From an uncultured Planctomycetales bacterium (GTDB taxonomy: Bacteria > Planctomycetota > MHYJ01 > JACPRB01): DNA of 64,000 nt. The stretch spans positions 4,584-68,583 of the forward strand of contig CAYXVY010000201.1 in the NCBI GenBank assembly GCA_964468745.1. The letters run 5' to 3'. The notes beneath the pieces are model-generated. The model worked only from the letters and a program-made list of their open reading frames with translations. It was not told where the DNA came from and ran no database searches. The translations under genes were made by a program, and so were the position numbers. Shown one piece after another: positions 8,108 to 16,620 of the stretch; positions within the stretch are counted from its first letter, which is position 1, and each line of letters opens with the position of its first letter.

Positions 8108-10162
8108 GTGATCCCGGAGGATTTCGTCGAGCGTGCGAAGCGCGGACTTGTTGCGCAGTCGCACCAGCGCGTCGGCGAACTCGCCGTGTCGCGCGGCTGG
8201 ATCACGCGTGACGATCTCGCGAAGCACCTCCAGAGCGAGCCGTACGGCCGGGCGGAATCGCTGGTCGAGCGCGGCCTGCTCTCGCAGGATCAGCTGAAGG
8301 ACCTTTTCGAGGCCGTCGATCAGGGCGCTCCCACGGAACTGGGCGATCGATACGAGATCATCCGTCGCATCGGATCCGGCGCGACGTCCGACATCTTCGA
8401 GGCGCGCGACCGCGTGCTCGGACGCCACGTCGCGCTGAAGCGCATCCACGGTGACTACGTCGAGATCACCGAGCGCAGCCGGCGCGAGGCGGAGGCGACG
8501 GCGCGGTTGTCGCACCCGGGGATCGTCACGCTGCATGACTTCATCGAGCGCGATGGCCAGTTTCTGCTCGTCATGGAACTCGTCCGCGGGCACACGCTCA
8601 CGGAAGTTCTGCGAGAGAAGGTCGACTTTGCGCGGTCGGCCGCGATCCTCGAAAAAGTCGCGCGCGCCGTCCACTACGCCCACGAGCGTGGGATCATCCA
8701 CCGCGACCTCAAGCCGAACAACATCCTCATAGGGGAGGACGGCGAGCCGAAAGTCGCCGACTTCGGACTCGCGCGGCTGGTTGACTACAGCGATTTTACG
8801 AATGACGGCATCGTGCTCGGCACGCCGTTTTATATGGCGCCCGAGCAGGCGTCGGGGCAGAAGGACGCGATTTCGCCGCGCACGGACGTGTATGCGCTCG
8901 GCGCGGTGCTCTACGAAGTGCTCGCGGGCCATCCGCCGTTCTCCGACGTGGATGAGTTGCGCGCGATCGATTTGATCATCCAGGTCGAGCCGGTAGCGCC
9001 CAGCCAGCTGCGCAAGGGAGTGCCGCACGAGCTGGAAACGGTGATGCTTACGGCGATGCAGAAGGAGCCGGGCGCGCGATACGCGTCTGCGCTGGAATTC
9101 GCGGAGGAGCTGTCTCGCTGGCAGCGCGGGCAGCCCGTCACCGCGCAGGCGCCGAGTCCGCCGCCGCGCGTTTCGCGCGCCATCTGGCGTCGGCTTGGCG
9201 TGCACATGCCGTCGGCCGCGGCGCGTCGCATCGCTCGGGTGAAAGCGCGAGGCGCGGAGCCGGCGCGAATCCCGCAGCGTATCGAGCCGCTCGAGGCGAA
9301 CATGCGCGAGGCGATCGCGCTGCTCGAGGGGGCGCACGCGATCCTCGAGCGCGTCTCGCAGAGTTTCTACATGAAGGGCGCACGTGCGGACGACGGCGGG
9401 AGCCGCCTTGAAGCAGCCGAAGCGCTCATCGCGCAAGTGATAGCGCGGCTGCCGAATCTCGCGTCCGCATACGTGTTGCAGGGCCGCGTGCAGGGGATTC
9501 GCGGCGCGTTCGACGATGCGGAGGATTCCTTCCGCGATGCGCTCGTGCTGGATCCGGACCTCGCCACGGCCCACTACCAGCTCGGACGCCTGCTGGTCAT
9601 CCGTTCGATCCTCTCGATCGGCGGACCGCGGACCGACGTCCCGGAGGCGGCGCGGGAACTGGAGGTTGCGCGCGCGGGAGCGCCGACGTCGCCGCTTCAG
9701 AGGCAATTTGTCGACGCGCTGCTCGCGTTCGCTCACGGAAACAGGGACGAGGCGGTGCGGCAGGCGACGGTCGGGACCGAGCTGTTCGACGGCGAGCCCG
9801 GCGTCGAGGAATTTCATTGGCTGATCGGTGTGGCGGACGTGCGGCCGCCTGCGCGCCTCGCCGCGTTCGAACGGGCGCTCGACATCCGGCCGCGCTATCC
9901 GCTGGCGCAATTGTGTCGCGGCGTGCTGCGCGGTGCGATGGGAGACGTGAGGCGCGCGATGGCGGATGTCGAGTCAGCGCAGAAATTGAGTCCGTTGCTC
10001 GTCGAGGCGTGGTACTGCCGGGGAGTCCTTCGGGCGCAGGGGAAGGATGCGAAGGGAGCGCGTGCGGACTTCGCGCGGGCCCTCGAGCTCATGCGCGACG
10101 ACTCGCCGCACCGGGCTACGGTCGAGGAGCGTCTGGCGCAGTCGGGTGCGCGAGGGTCGTAA
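8108..10162 (+). CDS. Ser/Thr protein kinase with N-terminal tandem MshEN-like motifs and C-terminal TPR repeats
   Basis: GTG start 3 nt after the sigma stop; RVGELAVSRGWITRDDLAKHLQ and RAESLVERGLLSQDQLKDLF motifs; IIHRDLKPNNIL, DFGLAR, APE kinase motifs; TPR-like C-terminal region. Confidence 0.75.
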   Translation: MIPEDFVERAKRGLVAQSHQRVGELAVSRGWITRDDLAKHLQSEPYGRAESLVERGLLSQDQLKDLFEAVDQGAPTELGDRYEIIRRIGSGATSDIFEARDRVLGRHVALKRIHGDYVEITERSRREAEATARLSHPGIVTLHDFIERDGQFLLVMELVRGHTLTEVLREKVDFARSAAILEKVARAVHYAHERGIIHRDLKPNNILIGEDGEPKVADFGLARLVDYSDFTNDGIVLGTPFYMAPEQASGQKDAISPRTDVYALGAVLYEVLAGHPPFSDVDELRAIDLIIQVEPVAPSQLRKGVPHELETVMLTAMQKEPGARYASALEFAEELSRWQRGQPVTAQAPSPPPRVSRAIWRRLGVHMPSAAARRIARVKARGAEPARIPQRIEPLEANMREAIALLEGAHAILERVSQSFYMKGARADDGGSRLEAAEALIAQVIARLPNLASAYVLQGRVQGIRGAFDDAEDSFRDALVLDPDLATAHYQLGRLLVIRSILSIGGPRTDVPEAARELEVARAGAPTSPLQRQFVDALLAFAHGNRDEAVRQATVGTELFDGEPGVEEFHWLIGVADVRPPARLAAFERALDIRPRYPLAQLCRGVLRGAMGDVRRAMADVESAQKLSPLLVEAWYCRGVLRAQGKDAKGARADFARALELMRDDSPHRATVEERLAQSGARGS

Positions 10163-10196
10163 CGCGCGAGGCCGGCTGTCGTTCAAGTAACATCGG

Positions 10197-11075
10197 ATGA
10201 GCGCTGCTGAGAGCATCTTCTGGAATCTCGCCGTTGCCGCCGCGGCGGAGGGGGAAGTCGTCATCGCGGAGGCGGAGCGGCTCGCGCGGCACGCGGAGCG
10301 CCTCGGCCTGTCGACGGAGCGTGCGGCCGAGATCCGCGCGGAGGCCGTCGCGAAGAAGCCCGTTTCGCTGCGCATGCCCAAAGACGAAATGGCGCGGCTC
10401 GACTGTCTCCGTTCCGTGCTCGACATCGCCGCAGCCGACGGTTCGATCTCGCCCCGGGAATTCGCCATCGCGCGTGCACTGGCCACGAAGGCGGGAGTCG
10501 CGGAAGGGAAGTTGCAGTCGATGGCGCGTTCCGCGCTTAGAGGGGTCAAGCGCGGAACCGCACTGGAAACCGAGGCAGGCATGGTGGAGGAAATTGAGTT
10601 GGCCCCGGTGTCGACGCCGCCGCGTCGAAGCGAGTTCGTGCGCTCGCTGCCGTTTTCAGCATCGACTACACGGCTGTGCACGTCGTGCGGTCGCGAGTTC
10701 GCGAACAGCCGCCCGGAGGCGCGAACGTGCCCCATGTGCGAGCCGACGCCGGAATCGATCGCCGACGAGAGGGTCGACAGGCTCCTCGGCTTCGCGATGT
10801 GGCCGTGCCTTGCGGTCGCCGCTGTCGTGCTCGAGTTGATGTTCGGCACCTGGAACTGGGCCTGGAGAACTTCCTCTGCGTGGGGGTCAAGCGCATGGAG
10901 TGACACCGGCGGCAATTATCGGCGCCGGAGGCATCAGGGGACGTTTGCGCTGCTTGCCTACGTCCTGCCCTTCGGAGCCGCCGCACTTGCGACCGCCGCG
11001 GCCGGCTTCGCGCTCTACATTTTCGTGTACGGCGCGACGCGTGCGGTCGTCGGACTCCGTCGCGGCGGGCGCTAA
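10197..11075 (+). CDS. TerB-like domain / zinc-ribbon membrane protein
   Basis: TerB-like N-terminal domain (DGSISPREFAIARALA), CxxC...CPMC ribbon, C-terminal TM helices. Confidence 0.5.
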   Translation: MSAAESIFWNLAVAAAAEGEVVIAEAERLARHAERLGLSTERAAEIRAEAVAKKPVSLRMPKDEMARLDCLRSVLDIAAADGSISPREFAIARALATKAGVAEGKLQSMARSALRGVKRGTALETEAGMVEEIELAPVSTPPRRSEFVRSLPFSASTTRLCTSCGREFANSRPEARTCPMCEPTPESIADERVDRLLGFAMWPCLAVAAVVLELMFGTWNWAWRTSSAWGSSAWSDTGGNYRRRRHQGTFALLAYVLPFGAAALATAAAGFALYIFVYGATRAVVGLRRGGR

Positions 11076-11116
11076 TCCTGTGGCGCAGCCGACAGGGGCG
11101 CGTGTAAACTGACCCC

Positions 11117-11734
11117 ATGCTGGTGCTTTCCGCCTGGCTCGCAGGCATCGTGATCGTGACGCTGGTCTATGCCGTGCTTGTCGAGTACCTGATCCACCGC
11201 TTCCTCGATCATCGCCGCTTCAAGATATTCGGATGGCACCCCGCGCTCCTCGCGCATCTCTACCAGACGCATTCGATGGAGCACCACCAGGACTACGGCG
11301 ACAAGGAGTCGTACGTCTACAGCGGGTGCCCGAAGCCGATGGACTGGATCGACTTGCCGCTGCTGCTGTGCAGCCACATGATCGTGATCCCGCTCTACGT
11401 CGGCGCGTGGTTCCTGACGGGATGGCCGGGCATTGCCGCGTGTGGCGCGTACGTTTTCTTCCACTACCTGTTCCTCTACAGCACGGTTCACTATGCGATG
11501 CATCATCCGGGGACGGCGGGGCTGCATCGCGCGCCGATCGCCCGGGGGATGAATTTTCACCACTGGCTGCATCACCGCCATCAGCACAAGAACTACGCGT
11601 TCACCATCCCGATCTTCGACTACGTCTTCAGGACGAAATGGATGGGCACGGACGCGGAAAAGCAGGAGTTCGCCCAGGAGATTCTCTCGCGCACGCCGCA
11701 ACCGCTGCCGGCGCGCGAAGTGGCGAAGGTCTAA
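11117..11734 (+). CDS. fatty acid hydroxylase / sterol desaturase family protein
   Basis: His boxes HRFLDH, HHQDY, HHWLHHRH; multiple TM helices. Confidence 0.75.
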   Translation: MLVLSAWLAGIVIVTLVYAVLVEYLIHRFLDHRRFKIFGWHPALLAHLYQTHSMEHHQDYGDKESYVYSGCPKPMDWIDLPLLLCSHMIVIPLYVGAWFLTGWPGIAACGAYVFFHYLFLYSTVHYAMHHPGTAGLHRAPIARGMNFHHWLHHRHQHKNYAFTIPIFDYVFRTKWMGTDAEKQEFAQEILSRTPQPLPAREVAKV

Positions 11735-11820
11735 GGGGCTTGAGGTGTCGCAACCCTTCGACCCGCTCCGCTCCCTCGGGGCAAGTGGCCGCCAATGACC
11801 GACTATTTCCTGCCGGCCAC

Positions 11821-12471
11821 TTAGAATCCGAATTCGAAGCCGGCGCTGAACCCGACCGCCTCGAAGCCGTCGACGGACCCTGTGTCGCCGGACAGGTTGT
11901 CCTTCACGTCGAGTGACGCGAAGATGTAGTTCAGGCGCGCCTCGGCGACGAGTCGCATCGATCCCCACACGCGATAGCTCACGCCGAACAGCGCGTGCAT
12001 CGTCACCCCCGCGCCGCCGTCGACATCGACGTCGATGATGCCGGGGGCCTCTGCATGTCCGTCGCTCAGCTTCACAAGCCCGAGACCGGCGCCGACGTAC
12101 ACGTCGAGAGGATCGTCGGTCTTGAGCCGGTGATATTGGGCGCCGACGCTGAGCATTATCATGTCGATGCCGGCATCGGCGACGGGCAGGTTGGCGACGC
12201 CGAACACCTTCTTCATCGGATCCTCGTGATCGAAGGCGGCGTAATAGAGCTCCGCGGTGAGCGACCAGTCGTCATTCAGACGATGCGATGCGTTGAGGCT
12301 GCCGCCGATGATGTCGTTGGCAGGTTTTCCGAAGGAGGTCCAGACGTGGAAGCGAGCGCCGACGCGCCATTGCTCCTGTTGCTCGGTCTGGACGTCGAGG
12401 TCCCGCGTCAGCGAGACGGTCGACGTGGCCGCATCGGTCTGCAGGAACGCGATCAGGCTGACGTGAAGCAT
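11821..12471 (-). CDS. outer-membrane beta-barrel protein
   Basis: alternating amphipathic beta-strand pattern, C-terminal FEFGF aromatic terminus. Confidence 0.55.
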   Translation of the reverse strand: MLHVSLIAFLQTDAATSTVSLTRDLDVQTEQQEQWRVGARFHVWTSFGKPANDIIGGSLNASHRLNDDWSLTAELYYAAFDHEDPMKKVFGVANLPVADAGIDMIMLSVGAQYHRLKTDDPLDVYVGAGLGLVKLSDGHAEAPGIIDVDVDGGAGVTMHALFGVSYRVWGSMRLVAEARLNYIFASLDVKDNLSGDTGSVDGFEAVGFSAGFEFGF

Positions 12472-12630
12472 GGTGTCTCCAGTGGTGCTTGACTGGGAAG
12501 ATCAGATGCGGCGCACGTGAGGTTACGGTGACGATGTGGTTAAGGCGCCTTCACGAATCTGGAGGCGTCCGTGCGCGCGAGACTCGCTGCGGCCGCGGGC
12601 CATCTTCGTTTGCTGAGGGTCGGCGAAGGC

Positions 12631-12668
12631 TGGTGGAATGCCCTAGACGATTTGAGAACTAGCGTGGT
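12631..12668. repeat. direct repeat copy A (tggtgga..ctagacg.tttgaga)
   Basis: about 27 of 36 nt identical to copy B at 13162..13196; both copies carry tggtgga. Confidence 0.5.
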
Positions 12669-13105
12669 CAACGTTTTCGCGAACGAGCCAGCGCTTTGAG
12701 GCGTGAGAAGTCGCCGTCGATGAGGGCCTGCTTCTTGGCGTGCGTCCAGCCTTTGAGTTGTTGCTCGCGGTCCCGAGCGGACGAGGCGGACGCGTGCGTC
12801 TCGAACAAGACGATGCGTTCGACGGGGTTACGTCGCGTGAAGTTGCCTCCCCAACCGATTTGATGGCGGCGTGCCCGCTCGCGCGGGTGGACACGAGTCA
12901 TGCCGACGTAATACCGGCCATCCTTGAGAACGGCGATGTACACGTACCACACACCACGGTGTGCTTCGAGACGCGAAAGTTCGCCGGGAAATCGGAAAGA
13001 AAATCGCGTTTGTTTCGAGGAGTGGTTCGACTCGCGTGTTTGGAGGCGCTCGCTCACCACACTTCGACATCGGTCAGGATTCAGGGGGGCGCAGTGCTTT
13101 CGCAA
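12668..13105 (-). CDS. GIY-YIG nuclease superfamily protein (UPF0213-like)
   Basis: GVWYVYIAVLKDGRYYVGMT GIY-YIG motif; local GC lower than surroundings; true start may lie downstream of the first ATG. Confidence 0.65.
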   Translation of the reverse strand: MRKHCAPLNPDRCRSVVSERLQTRESNHSSKQTRFSFRFPGELSRLEAHRGVWYVYIAVLKDGRYYVGMTRVHPRERARRHQIGWGGNFTRRNPVERIVLFETHASASSARDREQQLKGWTHAKKQALIDGDFSRLKALARSRKR

Positions 13106-13161
13106 TCCTCATGTTTGCACTGAGCGAGGGACCCGCAGCTACGCTGCGGGACCGAGTCGAA

Positions 13162-13196
13162 GTGGTGGACCACTCTAGACGCTTTGAGAGCCGCGG
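13162..13196. repeat. direct repeat copy B
   Basis: matches copy A; gtggtggacc shares 8 nt with the ssrA 3' end (ggtggacc). Confidence 0.5.
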
Positions 13197-13222
13197 TGCG
13201 GGAGTCGCGGGCGTAGGAGGGA

Positions 13223-13567
13223 TCAACGTAGCCTCAACACGGTCTCACGAACGATTGCAAATCGTCCCCGTAGTCTCTCGCCAGCAGCATCGATGGTCCT
13301 CTGCACCGCGCCTCGGACTTGCATCGGTAGACTGTTGCGCAGCCGCAGCAGAAGGATTCCGGCATGAGGGAGCTTCTGCGCGAAGATCAATTCTCCGAAG
13401 TCCTTGTCCTCGGTAATCAGGATGCGATCTTCAGCGTGCGCAATCGCCAGTATCTGCTCGTCCGATTGCCCGCGCGCCACGAGAGCGACGGATGTGGCGT
13501 CATGACCGAGGCTTTGAAGATGGACCGCAAGGCTGACGCCGAGGTTCTCGTCGACGAGGAACTTCAC
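13223..13567 (-). CDS. DUF5615 / Mut7-C PIN-like putative toxin
   Basis: MKFLVDENL...ILITEDKDFGEL pattern of PIN-like DUF5615; 4-nt overlap with the upstream DUF433 gene. Confidence 0.65.
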   Translation of the reverse strand: MKFLVDENLGVSLAVHLQSLGHDATSVALVARGQSDEQILAIAHAEDRILITEDKDFGELIFAQKLPHAGILLLRLRNSLPMQVRGAVQRTIDAAGERLRGRFAIVRETVLRLR

Positions 13568-13809
13568 GCAGAGCGACTTTCGGGCAGAGGAATGATCTCC
13601 TCGTGTCCTGCCAGCCCTGCGGCATAGGCGAGACAGGCCCGAACGCCAGCGTCCGTCAGCTGAGGGTTTTCCTTCAGGAGTTCCCCGACCGACATGCCCT
13701 GCGCCAGGAGATCGAGGACCCGCTGCACGGTGACGCGAGTACCACGCACGATGGGCTTACCGCCCATGACCTTCTGATTCACAACGATGCATTCCTCGGC
13801 AGGGCTCAT
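13564..13809 (-). CDS. DUF433 putative antitoxin
   Basis: GGKPIVRGTRVTVQRVLDLLAQGMSVGELLKENPQLT, typical of DUF433; start taken at MSPAEE. Confidence 0.6.
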   Translation of the reverse strand: MSPAEECIVVNQKVMGGKPIVRGTRVTVQRVLDLLAQGMSVGELLKENPQLTDAGVRACLAYAAGLAGHEEIIPLPESRSA

Positions 13810-13867
13810 GAATGAACTGTAACACTCGCTGATGACGCGTGCAAGGCGCGTCCCTGTGATCGACGGG

Positions 13868-15751
13868 TTATCGCCGCGACGCACGACCTAATCGCTCTTC
13901 GATGGCCGCAATGACTTCGACGAGAGACTCGAGCAGTCGGTCCTCTTGCGGGCCGCCCGCGACCTGCCGCAAGGCGACTTCCTTCGCCAGCAGCGTCGCG
14001 AGATACCGGAAGCGGCGCGCCGAATCGGCCGCCACAAGCAGGTAATCCGGATGTGAGCCGTTGAACTCCCACCGGCCGGCGCCGAGGCGCGATCGCCACC
14101 GGCCCGAGGGATCCTTCACCTCGATCGGCTCTGGAATCCCAACGTCTTCTCGCTCCGGCGCCTCGATTTCTTGCGCCACCTCGATCCTTGCCTCACTTGT
14201 CGCCCGTCGCTCCGCCTGCCTCGCCTCGATATGGACGACCGCTTCACCAATCGCATCAGCGAGGTATGTCGCCTTCGCCCCTTTCGTGGCGAGTCGTCCC
14301 GGTCCCTCCATCCGCCAGACGAAGTCCACGCCGCTCCTGATCGCGCGCCCCGTGGCGTCGAGAGCGCGAGCGATGAGCGACTTCTCCGCCCTCACCGGAA
14401 GGCGGCATATGCCCGGCACAATGCGAACGCTATCAAGCGGACCTGGCTCATAGATCTCGGGGGTATCCTGTTCGCCTGTCGGCACGGATTCGCGCGTAAT
14501 CGCTCCCTCGACCGAGTCGCCCGACCCGGGTTCGCCATGCGGCGCCTGAACGGGGAAGAGCTCGTAGTGCGGCAGCCGGCGGTGGAATTCGCGAAAGACG
14601 TCCTTCAGTCTCTTGTGGAGCGCCCGGTCTGCCTCATGAGCGCGCGACTGCGAAAAGCGAGCCAGCCACTCGCTCACGCGCTCCCCGAGTGCGAGCATCG
14701 CGGCGGCGAAGACCTCGGCTTTCTCGTTCGGCACGATGCCGCGGCGCGTGCCGGGCGCAACGTCCAGGAACGGCGCATCCACGATGCCGGTCAGCCGCCC
14801 GCTCTGCCATGGTACATGGCGCAAGTCGACGGCTTCGAGCAGCGTGAGATCGTTCGAAACGACCGTTCCCGCGCACGCGAGCGTGACTTGCCCCGGCCCG
14901 TGTTCCTCGGGCAGATAGTGAAGCTCGACACGGATCGGCAGATGGCCTTCGACCTGCCACTCCCGAACCTCCGTCAGCGGCACCCCTTGGAAGCGCTGCG
15001 GCCTCACGGGGAAGTCCTGCTGTGCGCGACCTCGTGCGAGGCGGTCGACGACGCGGAGGCGCACGTCGCGTTGAAGGAGCTGGCCACGCAGCTCGAAAGC
15101 GAGAAAGTCGGCGAGACGGCGTCCCGACATCAACCGCTGCGCCGACGGATGAAGGTCTCGAATCACGACCTCCGTCCACGTCGGCTCCATCGTCTTCTGC
15201 CCACGCTCGGGTCCTACAGAGCCGTCCGACTTTTCCTCTTCCAGCTGCAGCACCCATGTCTCCGATCCCTTCACCCGCGAGCGGATCGCGAGGTGGCGTC
15301 CGACGGACCAGAAGCCGAGCAGGCCGATGCCGTACTTGCCCTGCTGGAGCAGTTTGTAACGCTGCTCCGGCGTCAGACGCTGCTTGTAAGAGTGGCCGAT
15401 GTGCGTGGCGATGTGGTTGAGCGCGTCGGGGCGCGCCATTTCCGGCAGAACACCCACACCGTTGTCGAATATCGAGAGGCCGATGCTGCCGTGGTGCCGG
15501 AGGCGTGTCACCGTGACCTCGGTCGCGCCTGCGTCGAGCGAGTTTTGGATCAATTCCGCGACGGCCTTTTTCGGATCGTTCTGCGAGCGCGCAAGGAGCC
15601 GGATGAGATCGAACGGGTCCGCCGGCTTGAGCCGGACGCGGCGTGTCTCGCGCGGAAGCGTAGGGGCGGGCATGCGTGCATGATTGTCCCCTGTCGGATC
15701 GGGATGAAGCGTCTCATCCGGCGCGACGGCATCGTCGGTCGAGTTCGACAC
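13868..15751 (-). CDS. GHKL (MutL/Hsp90/MORC-like HATPase) ATPase-domain protein, 627 aa
   Basis: Bergerat N-box ELIQNSLDAGATEV, G1 box FDNGVGV, G2-like box KYGIGLLGFWSVG; long C-terminal region of unknown function. Confidence 0.6.
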   Translation of the reverse strand: MSNSTDDAVAPDETLHPDPTGDNHARMPAPTLPRETRRVRLKPADPFDLIRLLARSQNDPKKAVAELIQNSLDAGATEVTVTRLRHHGSIGLSIFDNGVGVLPEMARPDALNHIATHIGHSYKQRLTPEQRYKLLQQGKYGIGLLGFWSVGRHLAIRSRVKGSETWVLQLEEEKSDGSVGPERGQKTMEPTWTEVVIRDLHPSAQRLMSGRRLADFLAFELRGQLLQRDVRLRVVDRLARGRAQQDFPVRPQRFQGVPLTEVREWQVEGHLPIRVELHYLPEEHGPGQVTLACAGTVVSNDLTLLEAVDLRHVPWQSGRLTGIVDAPFLDVAPGTRRGIVPNEKAEVFAAAMLALGERVSEWLARFSQSRAHEADRALHKRLKDVFREFHRRLPHYELFPVQAPHGEPGSGDSVEGAITRESVPTGEQDTPEIYEPGPLDSVRIVPGICRLPVRAEKSLIARALDATGRAIRSGVDFVWRMEGPGRLATKGAKATYLADAIGEAVVHIEARQAERRATSEARIEVAQEIEAPEREDVGIPEPIEVKDPSGRWRSRLGAGRWEFNGSHPDYLLVAADSARRFRYLATLLAKEVALRQVAGGPQEDRLLESLVEVIAAIEERLGRASRR

Positions 15752-15944
15752 GGAATTGAACCTCCTTCAAGTGGTGCGGATCCAAGGACCAATGCAAACC
15801 CAGGCGTTCGGCGATCTCCTTGGCGATCAACTCTCGCGTATCGATCGGCCGTGCGTCGTCAGCTCGGATGACGCGACGCCGGACAGCATGACGCTGCCTT
15901 CGTCTGTGCGTAATGGAAGGCTCCTTGAACTGAATGGAGAGTGC

Positions 15945-16277
15945 TCAAGCGGCGGAACGCAACTTCACGCGGTCCAGGGGGCTCGGGCTGCCGAGCACGA
16001 CTTCGTCGAGCGAGACTTCGCGTCGCAGACGCTTCAGCTTCCCGGCCCCATAGCCTTCGTGGACCGCGCAGGCGGCGAGATAGGCGCGCCAGTTTCCGAT
16101 GGGGCCAAACGGCGCACCGCTCTGGATCTGCTGCAACACTCGGAGGATCGCTTCCTGCAGCCAATCTTCGGCGTCGTGTCTTCCAGCGCGTGTCCGATAG
16201 CGGATGAACGACACCATGACGGACCATTCATCGCGAGCCGTGTTCTGTAGCGCTTCGATCGCGGCGGTATCCGGCAT
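15945..16277 (-). CDS. hypothetical protein with sigma-70 region-2-like segment (possible remnant)
   Basis: DAEDWLQEAILRVLQQ...WRAYLAACAVHE resembles ECF region 2.1-2.2; only 110 aa. Confidence 0.3.
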   Translation of the reverse strand: MPDTAAIEALQNTARDEWSVMVSFIRYRTRAGRHDAEDWLQEAILRVLQQIQSGAPFGPIGNWRAYLAACAVHEGYGAGKLKRLRREVSLDEVVLGSPSPLDRVKLRSAA

Positions 16278-16620
16278 ATCCCCTCCGGGCAGGGCATCTC
16301 TGGGAAAAGTGCTCGGCGGGGCTGATCGAGCGTGGGCGGGTCAGCGTGGGTCCGTCGAGCCACACTGAGGCTGTACGCTTGTACGTTGGAATCCGACTCC
16401 CGTCACCAACGATTGTGCGGCACCTTCAGAGGCGGTCGTTCCGCGCGATCGATGTCAACTTCCTGGCGTGGCGTTCGCGAAATTCCGCGAACCATTCGAG
16501 TGAACCACGATGGCGATACGCCGCGTTTCGAGACCAACGGATGGGTTCGTGCGTTGCGGAGGCGTCCCGATGCTTCCGATTGGCACGCAGTCGCTTGCCG
16601 CAGGTTCAATACGAGGAAGG

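Noticed and set aside
7937-9910. 657-aa minus-strand ORF, and similar long antisense ORFs (23813..26761, 28231..30324, 39135..41627, 42865..44562, 55124..56926, 5831..7186)
   Set aside because: Each is antisense to a gene with strong domain evidence. Long stop-free antisense frames are expected at this GC content, and their translations are low-complexity Arg/Ala/Asp-rich.
16565-16590. TGGCACGcagtcgcTTGC resembling a sigma-54 -24/-12 promoter
   Set aside because: The spacing between the GG and GC elements is 3 nt too long, and its orientation would drive transcription antisense into ssrA.
12492-16620. Intact prophage or integrative element at ssrA
   Set aside because: No integrase, excisionase or phage structural genes were detectable. 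Only a decayed island is proposed.
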